In this document: one piece after another, positions 10,686 through 20,156 of the stretch
Numbering within the stretch: the first letter of the stretch is position 1
How the letters are laid out: every line of letters starts with the position of its first letter
Assembly (NCBI GenBank): GCA_040772485.1
Contig: JAXGYC010000009.1
Location: 320,001 to 384,000 of the forward strand
DNA from: Sedimentisphaerales bacterium
GTDB lineage: Bacteria; Planctomycetota; Phycisphaerae; Sedimentisphaerales; Anaerobacaceae
Length of the DNA stretch: 64,000 nucleotides
Direction: 5' to 3'
Position numbers and translations under genes: made by a program
The notes under the pieces: generated by a model
Database searches by the model: none
What the model was told of the DNA's origin: nothing
Seen by the model: the letters and a program-made list of their open reading frames with translations, nothing else

Positions 10686-11960
10686 TTACGGTCTGACAAC
10701 GACCGGCTGCACCCAGGCGGATTCACACTCGTCGGGCACATGGGATTTCTCGTTCTTGCGCGAAGAGATCACCTTGGCGCGGACGTAGATCTCGTCGCCC
10801 TGGAACTGGTATCGGGCGAGAACGCCCTCGACTTCGGCCAGCACGGCGCCAATATCGCCGCTGTAGCGGCGCGTCGTTCGTATCTCCTTGCCCTCGGCGT
10901 CGGTCACCGCCTGGCTTGCCGGGTCGTAACCGCGCCGCGTGCCGATGAACTGCGTGGTGTAGTGGACACCCGGTTCAGGCTGGACGGCGACCGCCAGGGT
11001 AGTGCCGTCGAACGCAACGTCTTTCAGTGTTACGCCGGTAGAACAGTAGAAATCGCCGGCGTTCATGGCGTTGATGATCGATTCCGGCGTCAACTTCGCT
11101 GCTCGAACGACGACCCATGCCTGGCCTGGATTGGCGGCGCGGGCATCGAACTTGTGGTAGTTGTGGGCATCGTCGGTAGCCACGCCGTACACGATGTCCG
11201 ATCCCGACTCGGCCAAACGCCTGGCCAGCAGGATGTCCCACATCCGTTCCGTGCCGGCCCGCTGCTCGTCGCCGTCGTTGTTCACATAGCCGTGGGCGTT
11301 GTAGACCTCGAAGAACCGGAATCCTCGCAGCCCGATCATGTCTTCCGCTGTCAGGGCCCACTGGAAGTTGGGATGGTTCACGTGGACCAGCATGGCCTGG
11401 CCGGTCTTGGCCTGCTGGGCATGGACGGCGTCGATGTTGTTCTGGAGCAGCTCGGCCATCGTCGCGCCTCCCTGGGGCGGGATCACCTCGATCAGATGGA
11501 TGCCGTTCAGATGCGCCTTGTCGCTGATCTCCTCGGACTGGATCAACAGAAATCGCCCGGATTCTTCAAAGAGACACCGGTATTCCGTGAGTGGCTTGAG
11601 CCGGACTTCGGTTTCGCCTTTGTCGTTCTGCCGGGTCTCGACCCAGCCGTCGCCGAACCGGGCGAGGTATTTGTCGAAGGCCGCCCGCCGGGCGTCAGTC
11701 ACCGCGATCCATCGCTGTCCCTGTGACAGCACGTTGTGGTCGGACAGCGCCAGGAAATGGTAACCATGCTCGCGATACCACTGCACGACCATTTCGGGGA
11801 AGTCGTTTCCGTCGCTCCAGAAGGAATGGGTGTGCAGATTGCCCTTCCACCAGCGCGGTCCGGCTTCTTCGCCGGCGCGTGCGGCCAATGCTGCAGCCGT
11901 ACAAACCGCCAGAAGTGTCCAGAGAAGAACTCTCATCGACAGTCGGTGCAGGATTCGCAT
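10686..11960 (-). CDS. Exported PHP-like metallohydrolase
   Basis: Signal peptide; GNLHTHSFWSDG, LSDHN, NHPNF, TDDAH metal-binding motifs. Confidence 0.8.
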   Translation of the reverse strand: MRILHRLSMRVLLWTLLAVCTAAALAARAGEEAGPRWWKGNLHTHSFWSDGNDFPEMVVQWYREHGYHFLALSDHNVLSQGQRWIAVTDARRAAFDKYLARFGDGWVETRQNDKGETEVRLKPLTEYRCLFEESGRFLLIQSEEISDKAHLNGIHLIEVIPPQGGATMAELLQNNIDAVHAQQAKTGQAMLVHVNHPNFQWALTAEDMIGLRGFRFFEVYNAHGYVNNDGDEQRAGTERMWDILLARRLAESGSDIVYGVATDDAHNYHKFDARAANPGQAWVVVRAAKLTPESIINAMNAGDFYCSTGVTLKDVAFDGTTLAVAVQPEPGVHYTTQFIGTRRGYDPASQAVTDAEGKEIRTTRRYSGDIGAVLAEVEGVLARYQFQGDEIYVRAKVISSRKNEKSHVPDECESAWVQPVVVRP

Positions 11961-11963
11961 CGC

Positions 11964-13028
11964 CTATTCCTCTGACTCCTTGTCCTTCGTCTTCTCTTTC
12001 ACCAGGTCGCTCAGGCCCTTGGTGGCCAGGACCTTGTCCTTGATCTCGTTGCGGAGATCGGGATTCTCCGCCAGGTACGTCTTGGCGTTCTCCCGTCCCT
12101 GCCCGAGGCGGAGATCGCCGTAGTTGAGCCAGGCGCCGCTTCGCTGCACGACGTCCGACGCGAGGGCCAGATCGATCAGGTCGCCCTCGTAGCTGATGCC
12201 GCTGTCGAACATGATGTCGAACTCGGTCTCGCGGAAGGGCGGGGCGATCTTGTTCTTGACGATTCGAGCGCGGACGCGCGAGCCGATGGCGCCCTTGGCG
12301 TCTTTGAGTGTGGTGATCCGCCGCAAATCGATGCGGACGGAACTGTAGAATTTCAGGGCCTTTCCGCCCGGCGTGGTTTCGGGGTTCCCGAACATGACGC
12401 CGATCTTCATGCGAATCTGGTTGATGAAAACCAGGGCCGTCCGGCTCTTGTTGATGATGGCGGTGAGCTTTCGCATCGCCTGGCTCATCAGGCGGGCCTG
12501 AAGGCCGACGTGGGCATCGCCCATCTCGCCTTCGATCTCCGCTTTGGGTGTTAGCGCCGCTACCGAGTCGACGACGATGATATCTACGGAATTCGAGGCG
12601 ATCAGCATCTGGGCGATATCGAGGGCCTGTTCGCCCGTATCAGGCTGGCTGACCAGCAGGCTGCTGACGTCGACGCCGAGCCGCTTGGCCCAGGTCGTGT
12701 CCAGGGCGTGCTCGGCATCGATGAACGCCGCGACCCCGCCGAGCTTCTGGGCTTCGGCGATGGCGTGCAGCGCCAGCGTGGTCTTGCCGGAGGATTCAGG
12801 CCCGAACAGTTCGGTGATTCGGCCTCGCGGGATCCCCGCGCCGCCCAGCGCGATGTCCAGCGACAGCGAGCCCGTGCCGATGCCTTCGATCTTCGCGTAG
12901 GAGTGCTCGTCCATCTGCATGATGGACCCTTGGCCGTACTGCTTCTCGATCTGCGCGATCACGCGATGCAGGGCAGCGTCCTTGCCGCTGGCGCCCTCGA
13001 CCGGTGTTGCCTTCTTTGCTTTCGCCAT
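11964..13028 (-). CDS. recA: Recombinase RecA
   Basis: [49 protein letters not shown]. Confidence 0.98.
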   Translation of the reverse strand: MAKAKKATPVEGASGKDAALHRVIAQIEKQYGQGSIMQMDEHSYAKIEGIGTGSLSLDIALGGAGIPRGRITELFGPESSGKTTLALHAIAEAQKLGGVAAFIDAEHALDTTWAKRLGVDVSSLLVSQPDTGEQALDIAQMLIASNSVDIIVVDSVAALTPKAEIEGEMGDAHVGLQARLMSQAMRKLTAIINKSRTALVFINQIRMKIGVMFGNPETTPGGKALKFYSSVRIDLRRITTLKDAKGAIGSRVRARIVKNKIAPPFRETEFDIMFDSGISYEGDLIDLALASDVVQRSGAWLNYGDLRLGQGRENAKTYLAENPDLRNEIKDKVLATKGLSDLVKEKTKDKESEE

Positions 13029-13073
13029 TGGGTTGATCTCCACGAATTGTCTCGCCTTTTGGTTCTCTGGCTG

Positions 13074-13640
13074 CTACTGCAGTTCGTAACGGCCCAGACA
13101 CGTATAAATCGGCCCTTCGGGCCTCAGTTGGCTCTCAAACACGCATACCGAGTCGCAGCGCATCGTGCCGAGATCGAAATCCTTGTATTGCTCGGCCATC
13201 CTGGCCATCTCGAAGCCGGCCTTGGTGTTGCGAATGCGACACAGGGTCAGATGGCCCGAGAACTTCCGGGCTTCTTTGGGCCAGCCGGCCGCAGCCAGCT
13301 CGTCTTCGAGGTCCTGCTGGAGTTCCAGCAGTTCGGCGCAATCGAGGCCCGCCCCGACCCAGAGCACGCGGGCGCTGCGGCCGCCGAAGCAGCCGACCTC
13401 GTTGACGGAAAGGTCGAACGCCGCGTGACAGGCTGTCACCACCTTGACGGCTTCGCAGACGTTGACAACCTCGCGGTCCCGCACCTCGCCCAGGAATTTG
13501 AGCGTCAGGTGCATCGCCTCGGGGCCGACCCATTTGACGTCGCCCTTGCGGATGTTCGCCTCGGCGGCGATGTCCTGCTGGAGATCGCCGAGGGCGGCTC
13601 GAATGTCTTCGTCAATCTCGATCGCGATGAAACACCGCAT
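13074..13640 (-). CDS. thpR: RNA 2',3'-cyclic phosphodiesterase
   Basis: MRCFIAI start and two HxT motifs (MHLTLKFLG, GHLTL); adjacent to recA. Confidence 0.92.
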   Translation of the reverse strand: MRCFIAIEIDEDIRAALGDLQQDIAAEANIRKGDVKWVGPEAMHLTLKFLGEVRDREVVNVCEAVKVVTACHAAFDLSVNEVGCFGGRSARVLWVGAGLDCAELLELQQDLEDELAAAGWPKEARKFSGHLTLCRIRNTKAGFEMARMAEQYKDFDLGTMRCDSVCVFESQLRPEGPIYTCLGRYELQ

Positions 13641-13658
13641 CGTGCGTCTTCCGTTCTC

Positions 13659-14564
13659 TCAAAAACTCGTGAATCGCCGCAGCTCTTCGAGCCTGGCGTC
13701 GATGTCCTTGCGGCGGGTCCCGCTCAGTCCATTCAAGGAGAAATCCGCGATCGTGAACGAGGCGACCACGGTCCCGTACGCCAGCGCCAGTTTCAGGGTG
13801 TCGAAATCCGCCCGGCCCTGCTGGGCGACGCAGCCCAGAAATCCGCCGGCAAAGCTGTCGCCGGCGCCCGTCGGGTCTACGACCTCGGTGGCCGGATACG
13901 CAGGCAACAGGAACTTGCTGCCGTCGGCGCCGCACATCAGAGAACCCGACTCGCCTTTCTTGACGATCACCACCTTCATTCCCATCGCCAGCACATCGTC
14001 CGCAGCCTGGACGAGATTGGAGCGGCCGGAAAGCAGCCTGGCCTCGTCGTCGTTGATGATCAGGCAGTCGATCCTCTTGAGCAGCTTCTTGAGGTCGTCG
14101 AGATGTCCCTCGATCCAGAGGTTCATCGTGTCGGCGGCGACGAATACGGGCTTGGCGATCTGGTCGAGCAGCTCAAGCTGAAGCGCCGGCGCCGTGTTGG
14201 CCAGGAAGACGAACCGGCTGTCCCGGAACGCCCTTGGCAGTTTCGGCGGCGCCTCCTGGAGGACGTTGAGCTCGACGTAATCCGTCGTCCGGTCGTTCAT
14301 GTTCTCCTGGTAGGTCCCGTGCCAGACGAAGGTCTTGCTGCCGGGCCTGACCTCCAGGCCTCGCAGGTCCACCTCGCGCCCCTTGAAGACCTCCGCGAGG
14401 TCGAACGGGCAGTCGTCGCCCACCACGCCCACGAACCGCACGGGCGCAAAGAAGCTCGCCGCCATGCTGAAGTAAATGGACGAGCCGCCCAGACACCGCT
14501 CGCTGACCCCGTGGGGCGTCTTGACCGTATCGATTCCAATCGAACCGGTGACCAGTAGCGACAT
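13659..14564 (-). CDS. PfkB family carbohydrate kinase
   Basis: C-terminal DPTGAGDSFAGG signature; N-terminal LLVTGSIGID. Confidence 0.92.
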   Translation of the reverse strand: MSLLVTGSIGIDTVKTPHGVSERCLGGSSIYFSMAASFFAPVRFVGVVGDDCPFDLAEVFKGREVDLRGLEVRPGSKTFVWHGTYQENMNDRTTDYVELNVLQEAPPKLPRAFRDSRFVFLANTAPALQLELLDQIAKPVFVAADTMNLWIEGHLDDLKKLLKRIDCLIINDDEARLLSGRSNLVQAADDVLAMGMKVVIVKKGESGSLMCGADGSKFLLPAYPATEVVDPTGAGDSFAGGFLGCVAQQGRADFDTLKLALAYGTVVASFTIADFSLNGLSGTRRKDIDARLEELRRFTSF

Positions 14565-14572
14565 GGCAAATC

Positions 14573-16225
14573 TTACTCCGACGGCACTTGCGTGCGGAAT
14601 CTTTCCAGGGCGGCGTCGACACGGGCAAGCGTTCGCTCTTTGCCGAGCAGATTGACCGAATCGAAGATCGGCAGGCTGATCGTGGTTCCACACAGCGCGA
14701 CGCGCAGCGGCTGGGCCACCTTGCCCAGGCCGACCTGCTTCTCCGTGGCCAGCCCGCGCAGCATCTCTTCGAGCGCCTGCTCGGTGTACTCATCCATCGT
14801 TGCCAGCCGGTCCCGCACGATTTGCAGTATGTCCAGCGCGCCGCCCTTGAGCAACACCTTCTTGACGGCGCCTTCATCGAACTCGATCTTGTCGTCATCG
14901 ACGAAGAGGAACCGGCTCTTATTGTCGATGTCTTCGAGCGTCCGCGCGCCTTCGCAGAGCCGGATGATCCGCAACAGCGTCTCGTCGTCGGCCCTGAGCA
15001 AGGGCGACTGGACCTCGGTCAGATAGGCTCGCAAGTGCTTGAGAACCTTCTCGGGCGGCAGCATGCGAAGGTGCTCGGTGTTGAACGCCACGAGCTTCTG
15101 ACGGTCGAACAGGCTGTTGCTTTTGGTCAGTCGAGTCAGCTCGAACGACTCGATCAGCTCCTGAACGGTCATGACTTCCCGCTGGTCGCCCGGGTTCCAG
15201 CCCAGCAGCGCCAGGAAGTTGACCAGCGTCTCGGGCAGGTAGCCGCTCTTGAAGAAATCGACGATGTTGATTTCGGGAAGATGCACGCTGAGGTACTCTG
15301 CCATAGCGTCGATCGCGGGCATGTCCGGCGTGGTCTCGCCAGCGAGAAACGCTTGCACGTCGCCTTCGCTGATTCCGCCTGCCTCGGCCAACTTGGCTAT
15401 GTCGGGGTCCGACAGGGCCTGGATCGCGGCGCGCAGGGCCTTGGGCCGCTCGCGTTTGGAGAGCTTGCCTCCGCTGTCGCTGACGGTCACGGACATGTGA
15501 GCGTACTTGGGCAGCGGCGCATCGGGGAACATCGCCTGCCACAGGGCTTGCTGGCCCGGCGTGTTCATCAGGTGCTCCTGGCCGCGAAGGACGTGCGTCA
15601 CCTCCATCAGGCGGTCGTCCACCACGCAGGCGAAGTTGTAGGTGGGGAAGCCGTCGCTCTTGAGGATAATGAAATCGGCCAGCTCGGCCGGGTTGAAGCT
15701 GATCTGGCCACGAACGAGGTCGTCGACCACGATGGGGCCATCCTGGGGGATCGCGAACCGCACGGTTACCGGCCGGCCTTCCGCACGGGCCTTTCTCGCG
15801 TCTTCTTCGGATGGCGACTGCGCGGGCCGGCGGAAGACGAACCCCGTCTTCTGAGCCTCGGCCTCCTGCCGCATCGCATCGAGGTCTTCGGAGGTCTCGA
15901 AGCAGTAATACGCCTTGCCCTTGTCGAGGAGCTGCCTGACGTGCTTGTCGTAGAGATCTCGGCGTTCCGACTGGCAGTAGGGCCCGTTCGGCCCGCCCAC
16001 GTCCGGCCCCTCGTCCCACTCGATTCCCAGCCAGCGCAGGTCGGTCATCACCTGCCGGGCGGCGGTCGGGGTGTTGCGCTTCTGGTCGGTGTCCTCGATC
16101 CGCAGGATGAACCGCCCGCCCGTCCGCCGGGCCCAAAGCCAGTTGAACAGCGCGGTCCGGCCCCCTCCGACGTGCAGATAGCCCGTCGGCGACGGGGCAA
16201 AACGTGTTACCACTGGCTCTGACAC
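14573..16225 (-). CDS. gltX: Glutamate--tRNA ligase with internal insertion
   Basis: TRFAPSPTGYLHVGG, LRIEDTD, KLSKR, QPLRVALCG; GTG start with GGAG RBS. Confidence 0.95.
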   Translation of the reverse strand: MSEPVVTRFAPSPTGYLHVGGGRTALFNWLWARRTGGRFILRIEDTDQKRNTPTAARQVMTDLRWLGIEWDEGPDVGGPNGPYCQSERRDLYDKHVRQLLDKGKAYYCFETSEDLDAMRQEAEAQKTGFVFRRPAQSPSEEDARKARAEGRPVTVRFAIPQDGPIVVDDLVRGQISFNPAELADFIILKSDGFPTYNFACVVDDRLMEVTHVLRGQEHLMNTPGQQALWQAMFPDAPLPKYAHMSVTVSDSGGKLSKRERPKALRAAIQALSDPDIAKLAEAGGISEGDVQAFLAGETTPDMPAIDAMAEYLSVHLPEINIVDFFKSGYLPETLVNFLALLGWNPGDQREVMTVQELIESFELTRLTKSNSLFDRQKLVAFNTEHLRMLPPEKVLKHLRAYLTEVQSPLLRADDETLLRIIRLCEGARTLEDIDNKSRFLFVDDDKIEFDEGAVKKVLLKGGALDILQIVRDRLATMDEYTEQALEEMLRGLATEKQVGLGKVAQPLRVALCGTTISLPIFDSVNLLGKERTLARVDAALERFRTQVPSE

Positions 16226-16266
16226 CCTTTAGGCTCCTCGATAGTCGCAAAAGTATGGAAATCAGG

Positions 16267-16295
16267 AGTTTACGCCGTATAATGCCTTCTGTCAA
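16267..16295 (-). promoter_or_regulatory. Sigma70-type promoter of the gltX-pfkB-thpR-recA-alaS run
   Basis: TTGACA-17 nt-TAAACT on the minus strand. Confidence 0.65.
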
Positions 16296-16365
16296 GCGCC
16301 GGACAAAGCATGCCAAATCCGAAATTCGAATCCCGGCGCGCCGGGACGGCGGATCAGATCAACCC

Positions 16366-16492
16366 GTAGGATGGGCTTTAGCCCATGCGGTCGATGCAGG
16401 TCGATGTTCGTAGGGGCAACCCCCCGTGGTTGCCCTATTTCCGAACGTGGTTGCCCGGTTTCGTTTGGGCAGGCACGGGGGCCTGCCCCTAC
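16366..16492. repeat. REP-like cluster (GTAG family)
   Basis: GTAGGATGGGCTTTAGCCCAT (16366), GTAGGGGCAACCCCCCGTGGTTGCCC (16410-16435) and inverted GGGCAGGCACGGGGGCCTGCCCCTAC (16467-16492). Confidence 0.8.
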
Positions 16493-16535
16493 CATTGCGG
16501 CTCGGCCGAGCACGAGGAGATCGCGATTCCCTGGA

Positions 16536-18959
16536 TCAGCGGATCTGAATGACGGCGACGTCTTCGGGGCCGAGTGCGATCTCGGCCTGCTGGTCCTGCC
16601 AGGGGATGGTTCGGTCGCGGACCAGTTCCTGACTGGCAGCAGGGGATTCTCCATCGAGGGCGATCCTCGCGACGCAGGGCCGGTCGCTGCTGTTGAAGAC
16701 GGTAAGGTACCGCTCGCCGAATCGCTCGACGTAGATGCTTTCGTTGTCAGCTCTTGCTCCTGTGACCGGTTCCCAGCCGGCCTCGGCGACTCGCCTGCAC
16801 AGCGGGACGTACTTGCGAAACAGGTCACGATCGCGTTCGTAGAGTTCCGGCCGGGTGAAGTAGTGGCCCTGCGAGGCGTTGTGGCTGAAGAAGCCGGGGA
16901 ACATGCCGTACGCGAGGCAGCGCTTCATGTATTTCTCGACGAGTTCATGCGAGAATTCCTCGAAGCGGGTGTTCATCAGGAAGCAGAAGGGCTTGCCCTT
17001 GCACAACGCGCGTCGGTAGAGTAAGTCGTCATCCGACATGGGCCGCCAGTTCCCACTCGGATTCCAGTCGGTCTCGGTGCCGAGCACGTCCAGCAGCGGG
17101 GCCAGCCAGCAGAGACGGTCCGGCGTGGAGTTGGCCATCATGAGCTTGTCCATCGCGTGGACATCTTCGGCGATCGCGCGAATATACTCGAATGCGATCA
17201 ACCCGCGGAAGATCGCGGGCGTCTGACTGTCGAGTGAGAACGTCAGGGCCGTCTCGGAGGCGGCGAAGTGGTCGCGCCGAAAATCCAGCTCATCGGTGAC
17301 GTACCCTTCCGACGAGTCGATGTACTCGCCGTCCAGATCCGCCTTGCGTTGCGGGCCGTAGAGGCTGTCACGGAGTTTCTCGTTCCACTTGTTCTTGAAG
17401 TCGGTGACTTCGCCCGCGATGTTCGGCATCGAGTTGATGCTCCAGACGGCGCCGTCGCACCAGGGTGTATCGAGCAGCCGGGCGGGGAACTGGCCCATCT
17501 CGTCATGGTAGCCGCTGGTCAGCAGCGCCCGGGCCTGTGGATCGCGTTTGTCCTCGGCCAGTTGCTGCGCGTAGGCCAGCGCCGCTTCCGGCGTGCGGGC
17601 CATCTCCCTGGGCATCCGCATCCACCACGTCATCGGCTCGGTGTACCGGAACGTGATAATCCCATGCGCATCGTCCCAGGCGGTCTCGTCGGTGCCTTCC
17701 TTGAATCGAAAGCCGAAGTCCTGCCAATCCTTCACCTCGCTGATTCTGGCAAAAGGCATCCAGAGTCCCTGCTCGGCGATGCGACGTTCAAAGGCCTCGG
17801 GAAACAGCGCGTAGTAGCGATCCAGCGCGCCTCGAAACCCCCACGTGGGATCGAAATGGAATTTGCAGAATCGCACCTGTGCCGAAGGCTTCTCGGGCGC
17901 CAGGCCGACGTCGCATGCCAGGAACAGCTCTTCGCTGTCGCTGTTGTAGCCGGCTCGAAAGAACGCCGGACGGCTCATATCGATGCCGAGCGCGACGGCC
18001 TCTCCGGCGTTGGCGACAGCCGCAAACGGATAGCGGGAGACCCGGCCGTTCGACCCTGCGGAAAAGCGACTGGCGTCGAGATATTCGCGGTCCGGCTCGA
18101 CCTCGATCGTCTGACGTGGATTCTGAAACCAGCGCGTAGCGGCGGCGCGGACCGCATAGACGAGCGTCACGGCCCGGTCTCTCCCGCTGCTGTCGCAAAG
18201 GGTGACGTCAAAGAACGTCGCGCCGTCGCCTTGCGTCGTTTGGCATTCGAGCTTCAGATCGAGCGCCGTATCACCGATGGCGACGAAGTCCGAACCCGCC
18301 GCCACGTCTCGAACCTGGAAGCCCTCCCCGGGCGAGTGTTCGAGCGTCACCGCGACTGCGTCGAACAGGCACGTCCCGGCCGGCGCTCGAACCACGCGCA
18401 GCTCCGGATCGCGGAACAGCGCCTTTCCTGCATGTCCCCGCAGGAGCATGTGGAACGCCACCGCCCTGACGGGCTTGTCCGGGAAGACGGTTAGCTGGGC
18501 CTTCTGCCAGTCGTGCGAGCCTGTGCGGAAGGTGGCCACCTGTCCCCACAGAGGCGTGCCGTCCTGGTAGGTCAGGTCCAGGTACAGGGAGTAGTCGCTG
18601 TTCCGGCTGCCGCCCACGCTTTCGGCCTTGCTCCAGGCGGTTGCGACGAGCGGCTCGGGCTGGGCCTGATCGAGCACCACCGTCTGCGAAGCGCCCCGCT
18701 GGACCTGCGAATCGGCGCCGTTGTCGCAAACGAAGACATCGCCATCTCGCTCGAAGCCTTCGCCCCAGGGGCGCCACGCGTCCGGCTGGAGCAGGTTCGC
18801 CCCGCCGCTGCGCTGATCGAGAACCCGCTTGACCACCGTTCCGTCAGGCAGGGCAGCGTTCTGCGTCGCGTCGCCCGCCTCCGTGCCCATGGAACATGCG
18901 GCCAGCCAGAGCAGGCCGAACACCACGCCGGATCGCAGAACGCTCGGTTTGGATGCCAT
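16536..18959 (-). CDS. Large exported protein, possible glycoside hydrolase (CBM-like N-terminal domain)
   Basis: ATG at 18959 with AGGAGG RBS; signal peptide; DGEYIDS and LGTE acidic motifs suggest a TIM barrel. Confidence 0.65.
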   Translation of the reverse strand: MASKPSVLRSGVVFGLLWLAACSMGTEAGDATQNAALPDGTVVKRVLDQRSGGANLLQPDAWRPWGEGFERDGDVFVCDNGADSQVQRGASQTVVLDQAQPEPLVATAWSKAESVGGSRNSDYSLYLDLTYQDGTPLWGQVATFRTGSHDWQKAQLTVFPDKPVRAVAFHMLLRGHAGKALFRDPELRVVRAPAGTCLFDAVAVTLEHSPGEGFQVRDVAAGSDFVAIGDTALDLKLECQTTQGDGATFFDVTLCDSSGRDRAVTLVYAVRAAATRWFQNPRQTIEVEPDREYLDASRFSAGSNGRVSRYPFAAVANAGEAVALGIDMSRPAFFRAGYNSDSEELFLACDVGLAPEKPSAQVRFCKFHFDPTWGFRGALDRYYALFPEAFERRIAEQGLWMPFARISEVKDWQDFGFRFKEGTDETAWDDAHGIITFRYTEPMTWWMRMPREMARTPEAALAYAQQLAEDKRDPQARALLTSGYHDEMGQFPARLLDTPWCDGAVWSINSMPNIAGEVTDFKNKWNEKLRDSLYGPQRKADLDGEYIDSSEGYVTDELDFRRDHFAASETALTFSLDSQTPAIFRGLIAFEYIRAIAEDVHAMDKLMMANSTPDRLCWLAPLLDVLGTETDWNPSGNWRPMSDDDLLYRRALCKGKPFCFLMNTRFEEFSHELVEKYMKRCLAYGMFPGFFSHNASQGHYFTRPELYERDRDLFRKYVPLCRRVAEAGWEPVTGARADNESIYVERFGERYLTVFNSSDRPCVARIALDGESPAASQELVRDRTIPWQDQQAEIALGPEDVAVIQIR

Positions 18960-19130
18960 CTTCGACCTCCTGAAAGAACCGTTCGTGCTCACGCCGTATC
19001 GTAGCAGCGAGCGAGTTCGAAGCGAAATCGAAAAATTCATGTTTTTCTCCGAAACGCGAGTCCGCCGCAGGCGGACCGGCGAGTTCGAAAAGTCAGTAGT
19101 TTCCATTCCCTTTCGAATTCGCCATTTCGC

Positions 19131-19532
19131 TTAGGATTTACTTCTTGACTTTCGAATTCGCTTCGAATTCGAATTCGAAGATGCAACTTCCGTGCCAGAA
19201 CCCGATTCTGGAGCGGAAAAATCTTGTTTCTCTGCGTCCGCCCCCGGGGACGGATCGAGGCCCGCGAGCACCGCGGCGAGGCGTGTGACATCGCGCTCGA
19301 GTTCGCCGCCCGGCGCGTAGTACGCCAGTCGCTCCTGGGCGATCTGCAACGCGGCCAGATACGCCGGGACGCTCATCGTGCCGAGCGACATCCGGCCGGT
19401 CAGGATCTGCACGTCGAGCAGCCAGCTTTCGAAGAGGCGCTCCAGCGGGCCGCGCTTCTCCAGGGCCTCGACGCGATCGGCACCGGCGCGCCGGGGCGTG
19501 TGGGCGGGGGTTGTTCGTTGGATGTCTTCCAT
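19131..19532 (-). CDS. Hypothetical protein
   Basis: 133-aa ORF with GGAG RBS; C-terminus runs into TTCGAA repeats; no recognisable family. Confidence 0.4.
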   Translation of the reverse strand: MEDIQRTTPAHTPRRAGADRVEALEKRGPLERLFESWLLDVQILTGRMSLGTMSVPAYLAALQIAQERLAYYAPGGELERDVTRLAAVLAGLDPSPGADAEKQDFSAPESGSGTEVASSNSNSKRIRKSRSKS

Positions 19533-19990
19533 AACTGTATCTCCGTATCCATGCGCGGTCCTCTCGCGCTGTGCGACGAATCCTGCGTCGCTTCCTCATG
19601 GGGGGCGCAGACGCCCTGCGCCGCATCCGCCGGGGGCGGAAGAACTCATTGTACGGGATCCCGGTTGTCGCATGCGCGCCTCGTCAGGCTCCGACCCACC
19701 CCTGCGAGTGGTTGGCGGGACGGCAGGCTCGCTGCGGCGCTGGGTCGGAGCCATCATTTGGTCGTTCGACCACATCACGCCTTTGCGGCCTGCCGCCTTT
19801 GTTGGGAGTCTGACGGCTGTCACGCAGGGAAGCGCTTCCCTTCGCATCCACCTTCTACTTTCTTCGATGCAGCAATTTCCTGCAAGCGTTTTTTGGGAAA
19901 AATGTCAGAGTTTTTTCTGTGGACTTTCCAGAGGCAGTTTGAGGGTTTTCATCGAAGTGGGAAGTGGGAAGGCGGCCTGCGCCCGGCATT

Positions 19991-20018
19991 GCAGGGGCGA
20001 ATCATCATTCGCCCGTAC
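19991..20018. repeat. 28-bp REP palindrome, intergenic copy
   Basis: GCAGGGGCGAATCATCATTCGCCCGTAC. Confidence 0.85.
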
Positions 20019-20058
20019 CTGGGAAGCGGGGCGATCACAGTTTATTACGTGGATGAGC

Positions 20059-20086
20059 TTGAGCGTGCGAGGCGGCTTGGTATAAT
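20059..20086 (+). promoter_or_regulatory. Sigma70-type promoter
   Basis: TTGAGC-16 nt-TATAAT with TG extension, upstream of the CDS at 20157. Confidence 0.55.
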
Positions 20087-20156
20087 GGCCTGCGTGTCGT
20101 CTGGAACGTTGGTGTGTGGCGGCCATGCAGAAGGATCGGGCGAGGAGACGCGGACT

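Noticed and set aside
16320..16350. TTCGAATCCC as a tRNA T-arm
   Set aside because: No cloverleaf; it merely precedes the palindrome TCCCGGCGCGCCGGGA.
19224..20156. 5' extension of the 857-aa ORF
   Set aside because: Runs through hairpins, a REP and a promoter; the RBS and signal peptide indicate a start at 20157.
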